Below, piece by piece: positions 18,323 through 27,710 of a stretch of DNA of 64,000 nt. The DNA comes from a virus. Both the position numbers and the translations under genes were made by a program. Within the stretch, counting starts at the first letter, position 1. The number at the start of each line of letters is the position of its first letter. The notes beneath the pieces were generated by a model that was not told the DNA's origin, ran no database searches, and saw only the letters and a program-made list of their open reading frames with translations. The stretch lies in the IMG/VR virus record IMGVR_UViG_3300031758_000006, one strand, 5' to 3'.

Positions 18323-18814
18323 CTAACTAAATTCTGTCGATGTTGATATTCTTAAATCGTCAATATAAATATCGTGATACCTAGAACTATCAAACCATGA
18401 AACTCTACTTGATGGATTTTCTTCATAGTATGTCTGTGTGTCCCATCCGTCCTTACACCAATCAAGGGCCATTTCAATAAATTCGTCCTGATTAATCTCA
18501 ACACCATACTCATCAATTATACGACCACTTCTAATAAAGTCAAATAATTCTTCTTTACTGGTGTAGAATTTTTTATCGTGGAAATTCCAACAAAACTTCC
18601 ACCCCATACTCCTTTTACCCAAATGGATTAGAATGTTGTCGGTGAATTCATCCCATGGGGACCAGTTAGTCCATTCATCTGGACCACCACCAATGTTAAA
18701 ATTATTATTAATTGATCTTGGACTTATGTCCATTTTCCTTATTTTAGTCTGTAACTTGTTTTTTCTTTCCTCAAGTTCCTTAACTGAAGGTATTCTATAA
18801 AAATTGGTCCCCAT
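18323..18814 (-). CDS. Conserved phage hypothetical protein
   Basis: MGTNFY start; IHLGKRSMGWKF.W and IIDEYG motifs. Confidence 0.75.
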   Translation of the reverse strand: MGTNFYRIPSVKELEERKNKLQTKIRKMDISPRSINNNFNIGGGPDEWTNWSPWDEFTDNILIHLGKRSMGWKFCWNFHDKKFYTSKEELFDFIRSGRIIDEYGVEINQDEFIEMALDWCKDGWDTQTYYEENPSSRVSWFDSSRYHDIYIDDLRISTSTEFS

Positions 18815-18816
18815 AT

Positions 18817-19263
18817 TTAAATTTTATTTATCCAAAGATAATAATTAGTATTGTTTGTGGTCCCTGGTGTTATAATGTGAAATGGTACCCCAGGTATTGA
18901 TCCGTAATTAAACATTGACATGTTCACACTTCCACTCATATCCCCCCATATGAACGAATACAAACTTAAGTTCATTCCGGACATGGTCTCTGTCAAATGA
19001 TAAACACTCTGAGTACCGTTCATAATGTATGTGTCCTTATCAATAAAAGATATTGTGTCATTAAGTGGTAATACCTCACCAAACTCCCCAACACGATAAC
19101 CAGTAACGACCCAGTCTTGACCTGACAATGTATATACACTATCAATACTTGTGGTGTCAGTTATAATTGGTTGTGGTGGATTTGGTGGATTTGGTTGTAT
19201 GTTCTCCTTGACACATGACGTGAGTAGAACTAAAGAAAATAAAACTAAATAAATGAATTTCAT
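18817..19263 (-). CDS. Predicted lipoprotein
   Basis: MKFIYLVLFSLVLLTS-C lipobox followed by Pro-rich linker. Confidence 0.75.
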   Translation of the reverse strand: MKFIYLVLFSLVLLTSCVKENIQPNPPNPPQPIITDTTSIDSVYTLSGQDWVVTGYRVGEFGEVLPLNDTISFIDKDTYIMNGTQSVYHLTETMSGMNLSLYSFIWGDMSGSVNMSMFNYGSIPGVPFHIITPGTTNNTNYYLWINKI

Positions 19264-19271
19264 ACTAATAA

Positions 19272-19547
19272 TTATTTAGTAACTAAAGCTTCAATTTTAC
19301 TTTTAACTGGATTTACCATATCAAGTTCCTTGGTTGAGGTGACAATAACACAGTCCTTAAGGATCCGACTTGGTATGTGAATGTAGAATGTATCCCCATT
19401 AAATGACGTTAGGTCCTCGTTTAACTCCACACATCCGTGGATCATTTTCAAGAACAACTTAAACTGAATCTGATCAACAAATACTTCCTCTAACAATGTA
19501 CCAAACTTCTCGTTGATAATTAATATTCCGTATCCAATCTTTTTCAT
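19272..19547 (-). CDS. Hypothetical protein
   Basis: Operon-packed ORF. Confidence 0.7.
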   Translation of the reverse strand: MKKIGYGILIINEKFGTLLEEVFVDQIQFKLFLKMIHGCVELNEDLTSFNGDTFYIHIPSRILKDCVIVTSTKELDMVNPVKSKIEALVTK

Positions 19548-19550
19548 ATC

Positions 19551-19781
19551 TTAAACGTTAAAAATTTGTTTTAAAACCATAATAACTTCTGAGTAATTTC
19601 CGTGTCTTAAATCGGTCTCACACTCTTTAAGTACTTCAATTACACAACCTTCAGCGTCACTATTTGAGTGTCCTTCTGAGATTAGTTTAACCACCGCTTT
19701 GTCGGAAGTCATATATACCATCTTCAAACCTTTCGGGAATTTTTTAATGGTTTCGATAGATTTTCTTTGTTCTTTTGTCAT
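19551..19781 (-). CDS. Hypothetical protein (start reassigned to MTKEQ)
   Basis: Promoter at 19804-19834 lies inside the longer ORF-track call. Confidence 0.7.
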   Translation of the reverse strand: MTKEQRKSIETIKKFPKGLKMVYMTSDKAVVKLISEGHSNSDAEGCVIEVLKECETDLRHGNYSEVIMVLKQIFNV

Positions 19782-19803
19782 TGGGTATCTGTTAATGTTA
19801 AGA

Positions 19804-19834
19804 CAAATATACAAGATATATTTTAATTGGCAAA
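19804..19834 (-). promoter_or_regulatory. Bacteroidota-type -33/-7 promoter
   Basis: TTTG-N19-TATATTTG. Confidence 0.75.
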
Positions 19835-19948
19835 AAAAAATCCCATAAAAAATTACTTCCATGAGATTTTTAGTTATTAACCAACAATATTTTGAAAGGG
19901 AATATTAGGTTTTGTGTAATATAAATACACAATACTTTTTAAAAGTTC

Positions 19949-20371
19949 TTACTTTTTTAATACTTTTTTTATAATTTCCTCTAATTGATCATTTTTTTTA
20001 CTAAATGGTAGATCATCTATTGTAAAATACCCACATTTACTGTGTTCGTGTCCGTCTTTAGCTTTATTTAAATTTGGTGTTATATTTTTACTTGTTTCAT
20101 GTAAATAAACATAAATTAACCCACGTTTTGTTGTCTGGTCTTTATCATATTTATTAATAAATCCAACTAATTTTAATTTGTCTGGTAGTACAATATTTGT
20201 CTCTTCATTAAATTCTCGTAAAGCAGCTTGTACTGGTGTTTCATCACCTTCGATCATTCCAGAAGGTATTGACCAGACATTTGGCATTGATTCGTCTGGT
20301 GATCGTTTACATAACAACACCTTATCTTTGTTTTTGATTATAATACCTGAATACCTTTTAAATTTAACCAT
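19949..20371 (-). CDS. NUDIX hydrolase
   Basis: GMIEGDETPVQAALREFNEET Nudix box. Confidence 0.9.
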   Translation of the reverse strand: MVKFKRYSGIIIKNKDKVLLCKRSPDESMPNVWSIPSGMIEGDETPVQAALREFNEETNIVLPDKLKLVGFINKYDKDQTTKRGLIYVYLHETSKNITPNLNKAKDGHEHSKCGYFTIDDLPFSKKNDQLEEIIKKVLKK

Positions 20372-20377
20372 ACGACA

Positions 20378-20391
20378 ATATTTATAAATAT
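20378..20391. promoter_or_regulatory. Palindromic ATATTTATAAATAT, TATTTAT on both strands
   Basis: Fills the 20-nt gap between two divergent genes. Confidence 0.55.
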
Positions 20392-20763
20392 ATGATAAAG
20401 TTAATTATAAACAATAGTCTTTTTAATGTAAAATGTCCTATGACCGATAAAGACATTAGTGACGGTATGATGGGTAAAAAATTTGATGATGATTTTAATG
20501 GGATGTTGTTTTTAATGAAAAAGTCCAACCATTCGTTCTGGATGGTTGATTGTATTGTTCATTTAGATATAATTTTTATTGACAATAATGTAATCACAAA
20601 AATACATAAAAATTGTAAACCATGTTTAGACAGTACTGGTTCTGAATGTGAGAGATATCGTGGTTATGGTGATATGGTATTGGAAATTAACGGTGGTGAT
20701 TGTGATAAATACAATATTAGGGAGGGTATGTCTATTGAGTACCCAACTAAATTAATGATCTAA
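20392..20763 (+). CDS. DUF192-family protein
   Basis: GM.....GMLF, SFWM, LDIIFID, VLEINGG. Confidence 0.8.
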   Translation: MIKLIINNSLFNVKCPMTDKDISDGMMGKKFDDDFNGMLFLMKKSNHSFWMVDCIVHLDIIFIDNNVITKIHKNCKPCLDSTGSECERYRGYGDMVLEINGGDCDKYNIREGMSIEYPTKLMI

Positions 20764-21817
20764 TTAAAAAACCTACAGGGTCTACCGTTGGGTTTGACAC
20801 ATTTTTAGTCAATAACTCTGTTGGTGTTGTTATCTCTTCCGCTCCGGCTAATTGTTGTTCACCTTCTGGTTGTTGTCCCCCAAATTCGTCATTATAATAC
20901 TGTTGTGATTGTTGTGTTTGTGAATACTCCCCAACTTTTTGGTTGACATATTCCTGACCATATTTAGCATCCAATTCTTCTGGTCCAACCCAATTACCTA
21001 ACCCAAGAAAATCCAAAAACCCTAAATACCATTTAGTTCTTCTCATAAGTGATCTAACAGATCTATTACCCCATATTCTGGGAACACCACCAGCTAATCC
21101 TGACCAAAGTGTTGGATTGGCGTTTTTATATCCCTTAAATATACTCGATCCGTCAGCTAACTTTCGTAAATTTTTAATATTTTCAATTTTCTGTACGTCA
21201 CTAATTTTTGACCAATTTTTTACTAAATTACCAGTCTCAGCTTTTAACACCCTACCTTTGGTACCAGCTTGGGAGAATAGATCTATCCACTGTCCGAGTA
21301 CACCCCTAGTTCTCCTGGTTAGTACACCACCAGGTACATTGTCAACCGCAGCTTTTAATTTTGGTGTCCACTGTCCGGACCCCCTAACAAAATTACCAAC
21401 AACACCTTTTTCCGCTGACAACGTTTTAAGTATTCCAAGAGCCTCAGCACTTTTACCAGCTTTACTTAATTTCAAAGCGGTATCCAATGTTTTAACCGCT
21501 GGTTTACCAACTTTCATAGCACCCATAACCGGTTTAGCTAATACGTCACCAACGTACGGTATTACCGATATCATGGATAAAAACCCAAATAAATAATCAC
21601 CTTGATTAATGTATGAGATACCATTAGCTAAATCTATAACACCAGTTGGGTCAAATATACCTAATATGTCACCAACAGTGTTATACCATTGTGATTCATT
21701 TAGATTTTTTTTTCTTTTTGGTAATAAATCATTACATAATGATAATAGGAATAACTTATCATTATCTGATAGTCTATTCCATTTTTCCTCCAAAATTTGT
21801 TTTTGATTTTTATTCAT
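20747..21817 (-). CDS. Putative virion protein with pre-toxin (PT-TG-like) segment
   Basis: GDILGIFDPTGVIDLANGISYINQGDY...SVIPYVGD; TATTTAT at 21837-21843. Confidence 0.5.
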   Translation of the reverse strand: MNKNQKQILEEKWNRLSDNDKLFLLSLCNDLLPKRKKNLNESQWYNTVGDILGIFDPTGVIDLANGISYINQGDYLFGFLSMISVIPYVGDVLAKPVMGAMKVGKPAVKTLDTALKLSKAGKSAEALGILKTLSAEKGVVGNFVRGSGQWTPKLKAAVDNVPGGVLTRRTRGVLGQWIDLFSQAGTKGRVLKAETGNLVKNWSKISDVQKIENIKNLRKLADGSSIFKGYKNANPTLWSGLAGGVPRIWGNRSVRSLMRRTKWYLGFLDFLGLGNWVGPEELDAKYGQEYVNQKVGEYSQTQQSQQYYNDEFGGQQPEGEQQLAGAEEITTPTELLTKNVSNPTVDPVGFLIRSLI

Positions 21818-21868
21818 TAAAAATACTTAATTTATTATAAATATCCTAAGTATTCAAAATGGGTTAGT

Positions 21869-22690
21869 TTAGTTTAATTTTGATTCCAAATTCTTAATAT
21901 GGTGATCTAGGTACCATAAAGCTTTTCTTAAGTCTTCCAATTCTTTTGTTGGGTCCTTTTTACCAGCTCTAGAAATATATTTAACAGTATTACCTAATGA
22001 AAACCCGAGATCCCAAGCGTCAATAACTTTAATAGCTTCGTATGGATTTTCACCACCACCATAATGATTTGGGTGGTCTACATGTTCAGTTGTTTGATTT
22101 GGTTTTGTATTAATTGCCCAGAAAGCTCCATCAATACTGTTTATTGTGAAGTTTTCCCAATTAATACTATCAACACCCCTATCAACATCTGGTATATTAG
22201 TTTCTGTGGATTTATAATCATCAATATATATAACACCACCTGGTTGTAATCTAGAAGCTGTCAATATTGTGTCGGATGTTACACATTCAAATGTGTGACC
22301 ACCATCAACCTCAACAAAATCAAATAGAACTTCGTTTGAAGTTAGAAACAGTGGAATTGTCTCTAATGAGGTTCCTGGTATTAAATTCATGTATATACCA
22401 TACTTTTTAACTTCTTCCGATAATATCTCAAAATTAGGTACCGTACATTCGTGTTCACAAATATCAAAAACAGTTATTACTACTGGTGTTTCACCGTATT
22501 CACCAGATTGTCTCATTGAAGCTATTGTATCACAAATAATAAAAGCTGAGTGTCCCATATTAAACCCGATCTGAATAATCTGTTTAGGTTTATATTCCCT
22601 TATTAAATTTGATAGTAGGTTTTGTCTGTTTGGGAACCAACTAATGTTTCCTTCATTACAGTCGGTTTTCATTCCAGGTAATAGATTCAT
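21869..22690 (-). CDS. Class I SAM methyltransferase fused to a DUF3310 domain
   Basis: IIQIGFNMGHS and VEVDGGHT (Methyltransf_24-like); C-terminal HVDHPNHY...GNTVKYISRAGKK...EDLRKALWYL. Confidence 0.75.
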   Translation of the reverse strand: MNLLPGMKTDCNEGNISWFPNRQNLLSNLIREYKPKQIIQIGFNMGHSAFIICDTIASMRQSGEYGETPVVITVFDICEHECTVPNFEILSEEVKKYGIYMNLIPGTSLETIPLFLTSNEVLFDFVEVDGGHTFECVTSDTILTASRLQPGGVIYIDDYKSTETNIPDVDRGVDSINWENFTINSIDGAFWAINTKPNQTTEHVDHPNHYGGGENPYEAIKVIDAWDLGFSLGNTVKYISRAGKKDPTKELEDLRKALWYLDHHIKNLESKLN

Positions 22691-22694
22691 GTTA

Positions 22695-22883
22695 TTATTT
22701 ATTTAATTCTTTAATTTTTTCAAGTATTTCTTCTTCGGTTTTACCTTCATTAAACATTCGGTATATTATCACTGAAAAATCATCGGTTAGATAAGCTGCG
22801 TCTGAATCCAAGTATTTCATTATGTTATCTAAATTTTTTAATATTCCTTCCTTACTAAAAAATCTTTTATTAAATCCCGTCAT
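22695..22883 (-). CDS. Hypothetical protein
   Basis: Operon-packed ORF. Confidence 0.65.
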   Translation of the reverse strand: MTGFNKRFFSKEGILKNLDNIMKYLDSDAAYLTDDFSVIIYRMFNEGKTEEEILEKIKELNK

Positions 22884-23673
22884 CTTCGTTAACTATAGAA
22901 AACCTATCCTTTAATTTTTTATATTTATTAATGATTTCATTTTGTCCAACATATGTTATTAACTTACGTTTAAACAAAGGTAGTAATGTTTGTTCTATTG
23001 GGAACTCACCATTACTGGTCATTTCAAATACCGGTAGTTTTCCGTCTGTGTTTTTATCAACCGTATTAAAATTATCAATAATTTTTGATATTGTCAAATC
23101 TGTGGTGTCAGAAAATATTAAATTTGTTGTTGTCTTTTTTTCTGGTGACTTTTTGGACACCTGTTTGATGTCGTATCTCCACACATATTTTTTATTTGTG
23201 TTTTTATCAATAAAATAAAAATATCCGGTAGTACTTGTTGTATTTTTTTTATTCTTTTTTGGTTTGATCTCTACGTTATCGAACACTATTGTCCATACTG
23301 ATTTAGCGATATTGAAATACTCCAACATTTTTGGTGCGGTGTATTTTAGGATTTCAATAAACTCTTCAGTTTCAGATTCATCCATTTCTGGAATGTCTTT
23401 AATTTTTAAATCCCTAACCAACAATTCGTCGTCAACTGATAGAAATCGTTTATTGGTGTATACGATTTTTCTATCCTTGATTAATGTTTGGACATTAGCT
23501 AAGTGTAGGGACAACTCAATAAAACTTGGGTACAGTTCCAGATTATCTAGTTTTTCACCCATTTTTTGAAAGTACGAGAGTAGCTTGTACTCTTTATGTT
23601 CCTTATCGATTGGTTTTTCGAACATCCAGTCGGTGTTCATTAAAAATTCTATTTTTTTCTTTCGTTTCATCAA
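22870..23673 (-). CDS. Hypothetical protein
   Basis: 267-aa ORF, no motif recognised. Confidence 0.75.
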   Translation of the reverse strand: MMKRKKKIEFLMNTDWMFEKPIDKEHKEYKLLSYFQKMGEKLDNLELYPSFIELSLHLANVQTLIKDRKIVYTNKRFLSVDDELLVRDLKIKDIPEMDESETEEFIEILKYTAPKMLEYFNIAKSVWTIVFDNVEIKPKKNKKNTTSTTGYFYFIDKNTNKKYVWRYDIKQVSKKSPEKKTTTNLIFSDTTDLTISKIIDNFNTVDKNTDGKLPVFEMTSNGEFPIEQTLLPLFKRKLITYVGQNEIINKYKKLKDRFSIVNEDDGI

Positions 23674-23709
23674 TCATAATAATAAACATAAATCTTGTTG
23701 GTGTAAAGA

Positions 23710-25257
23710 TTAATCTGTTCTAACAACATAATATCGGTCCTGATTTATTGTGTAGTAATCATATGTGTCGTCATAACCACTAATTCTACCATAATCACTA
23801 TCACTAACTAAATCATCTAACATTTCATCTTTATCAATAAAAGGACCATAATCCATCCCATAATCATCCAACCATCTTGTCGGGTTATCTCTAATCTCGG
23901 ACAATCGGTCCTCAACAGCTTCTTCCACTGAATCATCATCTAAATCACCATCTGGATCATCTTTAATTACTTCAATTTCAGATTCAATTTCACTAGTTCT
24001 ATCTTCAATCTCACTTATTCGGTTTTCATTTTCCTCCTCATGTTCACCATCCTCATCGTCATCACTATAGTATATTTGTTCAACCTCTTTACCGTTTTGA
24101 TAAATCACCCATCGATTAGAATCGTACTGAGTTATTAATTCATTATTCATGTAATCGGTAAATTTAAAATACCTTAAACTTTCAGTTACTTCTTCCGTTA
24201 ATGGTGATCTAGCTCCTCTTTCAATTAAAAATTGTTCCTGAAGTAATGATCTTCTTTCATATTCTAGTTGTTCAATTTCACGTTCCTGACTACCACTAAG
24301 AGTTTTTTCAATGTCATAACTTTCTGGACTTTCATATATGTCATTTCTAACGTCATCTTCAAAGTATTCAGCGACTTCATCACCGTTTATGTATCTTTCT
24401 AAGTGGTTTGAATCAAAATATTGTTCGGGACTATCAACCCAGTCTTGATAATATTCTTTTAAAGCTTCATCAAATTGGTCTTCAGTTCCAACTGCGTATC
24501 TTTGACCGTAAGTTGTGTCATTAACAGATTTAAATATGGTTAAATCACCATAATGACCTCCATCCTCAACTAAATCATAGACATCATGAACCTCATCCAT
24601 TAAATCATTGATGTCAGATTCAACCTCATCCATTTCAACAACAATGTCGTCAGATTTTTCATCATCTTCCTCTTCTTCTAGTTTTTGTTCTAATTCTTTA
24701 TGTTTTCTTCTAAGTTCTTCTAATTTTTCTTGATCTTCATCATCTAAAAGTTTAACTGAACCATCGTGGTCTTCCATGAATTTAAGAACAGCGTGTGCCA
24801 TTTCACCGGTTGTGTCCCCATTATTTAGGTCCCATTCATTTTCTTCACGTCTTTCCTGAGATTCTTCTCTCTCTCGTTGTCTTTTTAATCTTTCAAGATA
24901 TTTCTCGTACGGTGTTCCCCAAACTCTGATATGATTGGAGTGTGTTGTTATTCCTTTAATCGTTTTGATACCGGTACCAGATAAATCAACCACACCATCA
25001 ATTCTAATGTCACCCAAATCAGTAATTTTTTCCCTAAACTTATGATCACTTAAATCTAAATTCCCGGTGATTCGTATTTTTTTACCTTTAAATTGTGGGA
25101 GGTTATGAATTAATTGAGCGTTACCATTAACACCCATTAATAATTTTTTATACATCTCTGGTTGGATTTCGACGTAATTGTCCTCCTCATTCTCCAGGAT
25201 AATGTTCTTAATTAAATTAATTAATTTACTTTCACTAAGTCTTACTAATTTTTTCAT
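23710..25257 (-). CDS. Very acidic protein with LSE/ILE leader, putative virion-internal
   Basis: MKKLVRLSESKLINLIKNIILENEE; TATTTAT at 25263-25269. Confidence 0.65.
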   Translation of the reverse strand: MKKLVRLSESKLINLIKNIILENEEDNYVEIQPEMYKKLLMGVNGNAQLIHNLPQFKGKKIRITGNLDLSDHKFREKITDLGDIRIDGVVDLSGTGIKTIKGITTHSNHIRVWGTPYEKYLERLKRQREREESQERREENEWDLNNGDTTGEMAHAVLKFMEDHDGSVKLLDDEDQEKLEELRRKHKELEQKLEEEEDDEKSDDIVVEMDEVESDINDLMDEVHDVYDLVEDGGHYGDLTIFKSVNDTTYGQRYAVGTEDQFDEALKEYYQDWVDSPEQYFDSNHLERYINGDEVAEYFEDDVRNDIYESPESYDIEKTLSGSQEREIEQLEYERRSLLQEQFLIERGARSPLTEEVTESLRYFKFTDYMNNELITQYDSNRWVIYQNGKEVEQIYYSDDDEDGEHEEENENRISEIEDRTSEIESEIEVIKDDPDGDLDDDSVEEAVEDRLSEIRDNPTRWLDDYGMDYGPFIDKDEMLDDLVSDSDYGRISGYDDTYDYYTINQDRYYVVRTD

Positions 25258-25340
25258 ATATAATAAATATTAAAATCTTTACAAATATAACTTTATTGGG
25301 ATATTTATATATAGAAATAAACCTAATAAAAACATTAGTC

Positions 25341-25490
25341 ATGGGATGTGGATGTAAAAACAAAGGGAACCAACAAGCTGCTCCGGCTCCTCAACAACAA
25401 GTTAACACTCAGAATGAGGGTACAAAAAATCAAACTGTACAGGAATCTGTGAAAAAAATTGTTGAGAGATATTATAACAATAAGAAATAA
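25341..25490 (+). CDS. 49-aa MGCGCK protein
   Basis: Start reassigned downstream of TATTTAT at 25302-25308. Confidence 0.65.
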   Translation: MGCGCKNKGNQQAAPAPQQQVNTQNEGTKNQTVQESVKKIVERYYNNKK

Positions 25491-25515
25491 TCCCTTTGTC
25501 AACTAAAAGACTTAG

Positions 25516-25543
25516 AAGGTGGGAATGTTTCCACCTTTTTTTG
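25516..25543 (+). terminator. Intrinsic terminator
   Basis: AAGGTGG-GAATGTTT-CCACCTT followed by a T run. Confidence 0.7.
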
Positions 25544-25564
25544 TATTTATATTAAAAGTAAAGT

Positions 25565-26677
25565 ATGAAGCCTTCAGATATTATTGAGTTATTTAACGAT
25601 GGTGAATGGGAAAAAATTTCCAAATTCTTCAATAATGATATAATGACATTTTTAAAATTTTCAATTAGTAAAGGATTCTCAAATCGTTTGGATATATCTA
25701 ACATATCCTGGAGGGAGTTTGAGGAAAATGAAAATTTATTTGATTTTTTAGCTGAGAACGGTTTTTTGGATAACGTTGACTACGATTCATTGGATGATGA
25801 TCTTAAAAACTATTACTTATATTGGTGGTTAAATGAAAATCCAGATGAGTGTCTTCAGTATATATCTGGTGGGATATTATCGGATGTTGAGATTAGAGGT
25901 GAGGGTGAGTATTGGTTAAGACTTAGAGACCGTGATGAATTGGTGGTGTTTTTTGATGATACTGGTAGGGATGTTACAGCTCGTGATTTAGCTAAAGGTA
26001 TTTTTGAGGAGGAAGATAGGTGGTATGACAGATTCTGGGACACCACGGATAATGTTTACCGAGATGTCATCGATGAACTTGATGATAGTAATTTACGGGT
26101 TTTAGCTAGTCGTATTCTCAAAGAGATCGGTAACCAGGATCTAAACATAGAAGATTATGGGTCTGATTTCTTTCACGAATTAATGAAACAACAAGGTAGG
26201 GAAGATTTTTTCCAAATAACTGATGATGTTATTTATGATTTAATAAAGGATCAGGAAGCTATGGAGGAATTACTTGATGGTGACCTAGATGAACTAAAAG
26301 GTGAGTTATATAATGTACATGATAACGCGTATAACAGTGCGTATGAGAGTGAATGTTATGATTTAGTTTATGATGGTCTTGATGAATTCTTCTCATCAAA
26401 AATAACTGAGGAAATGACAAAATCTGGTGATAAAACAAAATATACCCCCTATATTAGAATTAGTGATTTTTATAACAATGTTAAATCATTTGTTTATGAA
26501 AATAGGGGTCGTGGTTATAGTGATGGGTTATTGGAGTATCATGGATCATATACTGAAATGATGAGGTCCCTATTTGATGATAATGAATATGAGCAAATTG
26601 ATTTTAGAATTCCTGGGTACCCTGATTGGGATCGTGTTAATAACAACATAAATGAATTTTTCTCAGATTATATATAA
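25565..26677 (+). CDS. Acidic hypothetical protein, tandem paralog 1
   Basis: FNDGEWEKISKFFNND; D/E-rich; TATTTAT at 25544-25550. Confidence 0.75.
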   Translation: MKPSDIIELFNDGEWEKISKFFNNDIMTFLKFSISKGFSNRLDISNISWREFEENENLFDFLAENGFLDNVDYDSLDDDLKNYYLYWWLNENPDECLQYISGGILSDVEIRGEGEYWLRLRDRDELVVFFDDTGRDVTARDLAKGIFEEEDRWYDRFWDTTDNVYRDVIDELDDSNLRVLASRILKEIGNQDLNIEDYGSDFFHELMKQQGREDFFQITDDVIYDLIKDQEAMEELLDGDLDELKGELYNVHDNAYNSAYESECYDLVYDGLDEFFSSKITEEMTKSGDKTKYTPYIRISDFYNNVKSFVYENRGRGYSDGLLEYHGSYTEMMRSLFDDNEYEQIDFRIPGYPDWDRVNNNINEFFSDYI

Positions 26678-27663
26678 TGAAAGTTTCAGAACTAATAGAT
26701 AGATTTAATAATGGTGAATGGTATAAAATTTCAAAACTATTCAACAATGATTTATCCACATTTATAAATTTTTTTGATAAAAAAGGATTACTGGATAAGA
26801 TTGACATAGAATCAATTAATCGAAATGATGATGATGGTACAATAAATCAAGTGTGTTTAATGTATTTGGATAAATATGGTCCTGATTACTTTTTGAAGTA
26901 CCTTGGTGATGTACAAAAAAATGAGGACGGGTATTTTTTAAAATTAGATGATTTATCTGAGTTATCTAAATTATTTGATTCTGGGGACAGTCGTGGTATG
27001 ACTGATGAAGAGATTGTCAGTGAGGTACTCAGTCCAGATTGGTTTGAGATGTATACTTTTTCTAGTCGTGATGTTGATTGGTACAGTGATATTGTGGATG
27101 ATTTAAATGATGATAACTTAAAAACTTTAAAGGGTGTTGTATTGGATAAATTATCCGGTGTTGAGTTTGATAGTGAAGATTTCAATGATGAGTGGTTTTA
27201 TGACCAATCAGACGATAATGGTATGTTCACCATAAATGAAACAAACATAGACCAGGTATTTTCTGATAAAAGTGTTTTTAATGAATTAATGTGGTTAGAT
27301 AGTCTAAGTGAGACTAGAAGTGAGTTATATTCACTATATTCATTATCTTATAATGAAGCGTGGAACGATGAGGTATATGAACAAATTAAAATAAAAATTT
27401 CTGATTATTTTGATGGTGATCACATATGGGATAACGAAGATGTTTACTTTAAAATAAAGAATTTTGAGGGTGACTTAAGGGATTTTATGACGTGTATGGA
27501 GGATTACTCAGATTCAATAATTGATAAATACGACTACTTAGACATGGTTAAAATGTATATGACTACGTGTGGTGAGGAACTTAGAATATACAACCCGGAA
27601 TACGCTGATAGTGATCTAGTGAAAAAAAACCTGAACGAGTATTTCTACAATTATATTAGTTAA
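26677..27663 (+). CDS. Acidic hypothetical protein, tandem paralog 2
   Basis: FNNGEWYKISKLFNND; TAATG-coupled. Confidence 0.75.
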   Translation: MKVSELIDRFNNGEWYKISKLFNNDLSTFINFFDKKGLLDKIDIESINRNDDDGTINQVCLMYLDKYGPDYFLKYLGDVQKNEDGYFLKLDDLSELSKLFDSGDSRGMTDEEIVSEVLSPDWFEMYTFSSRDVDWYSDIVDDLNDDNLKTLKGVVLDKLSGVEFDSEDFNDEWFYDQSDDNGMFTINETNIDQVFSDKSVFNELMWLDSLSETRSELYSLYSLSYNEAWNDEVYEQIKIKISDYFDGDHIWDNEDVYFKIKNFEGDLRDFMTCMEDYSDSIIDKYDYLDMVKMYMTTCGEELRIYNPEYADSDLVKKNLNEYFYNYIS

Positions 27664-27710
27664 CTATTTATATATTAAATTAATTTTCATATCAATTGTA
27701 AAAAAAAGAT

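Noticed and set aside
25282-25289. Isolated TATATTTG -7 box on the minus strand
   Set aside because: No TTTG at 19-21 nt spacing; not counted as a promoter
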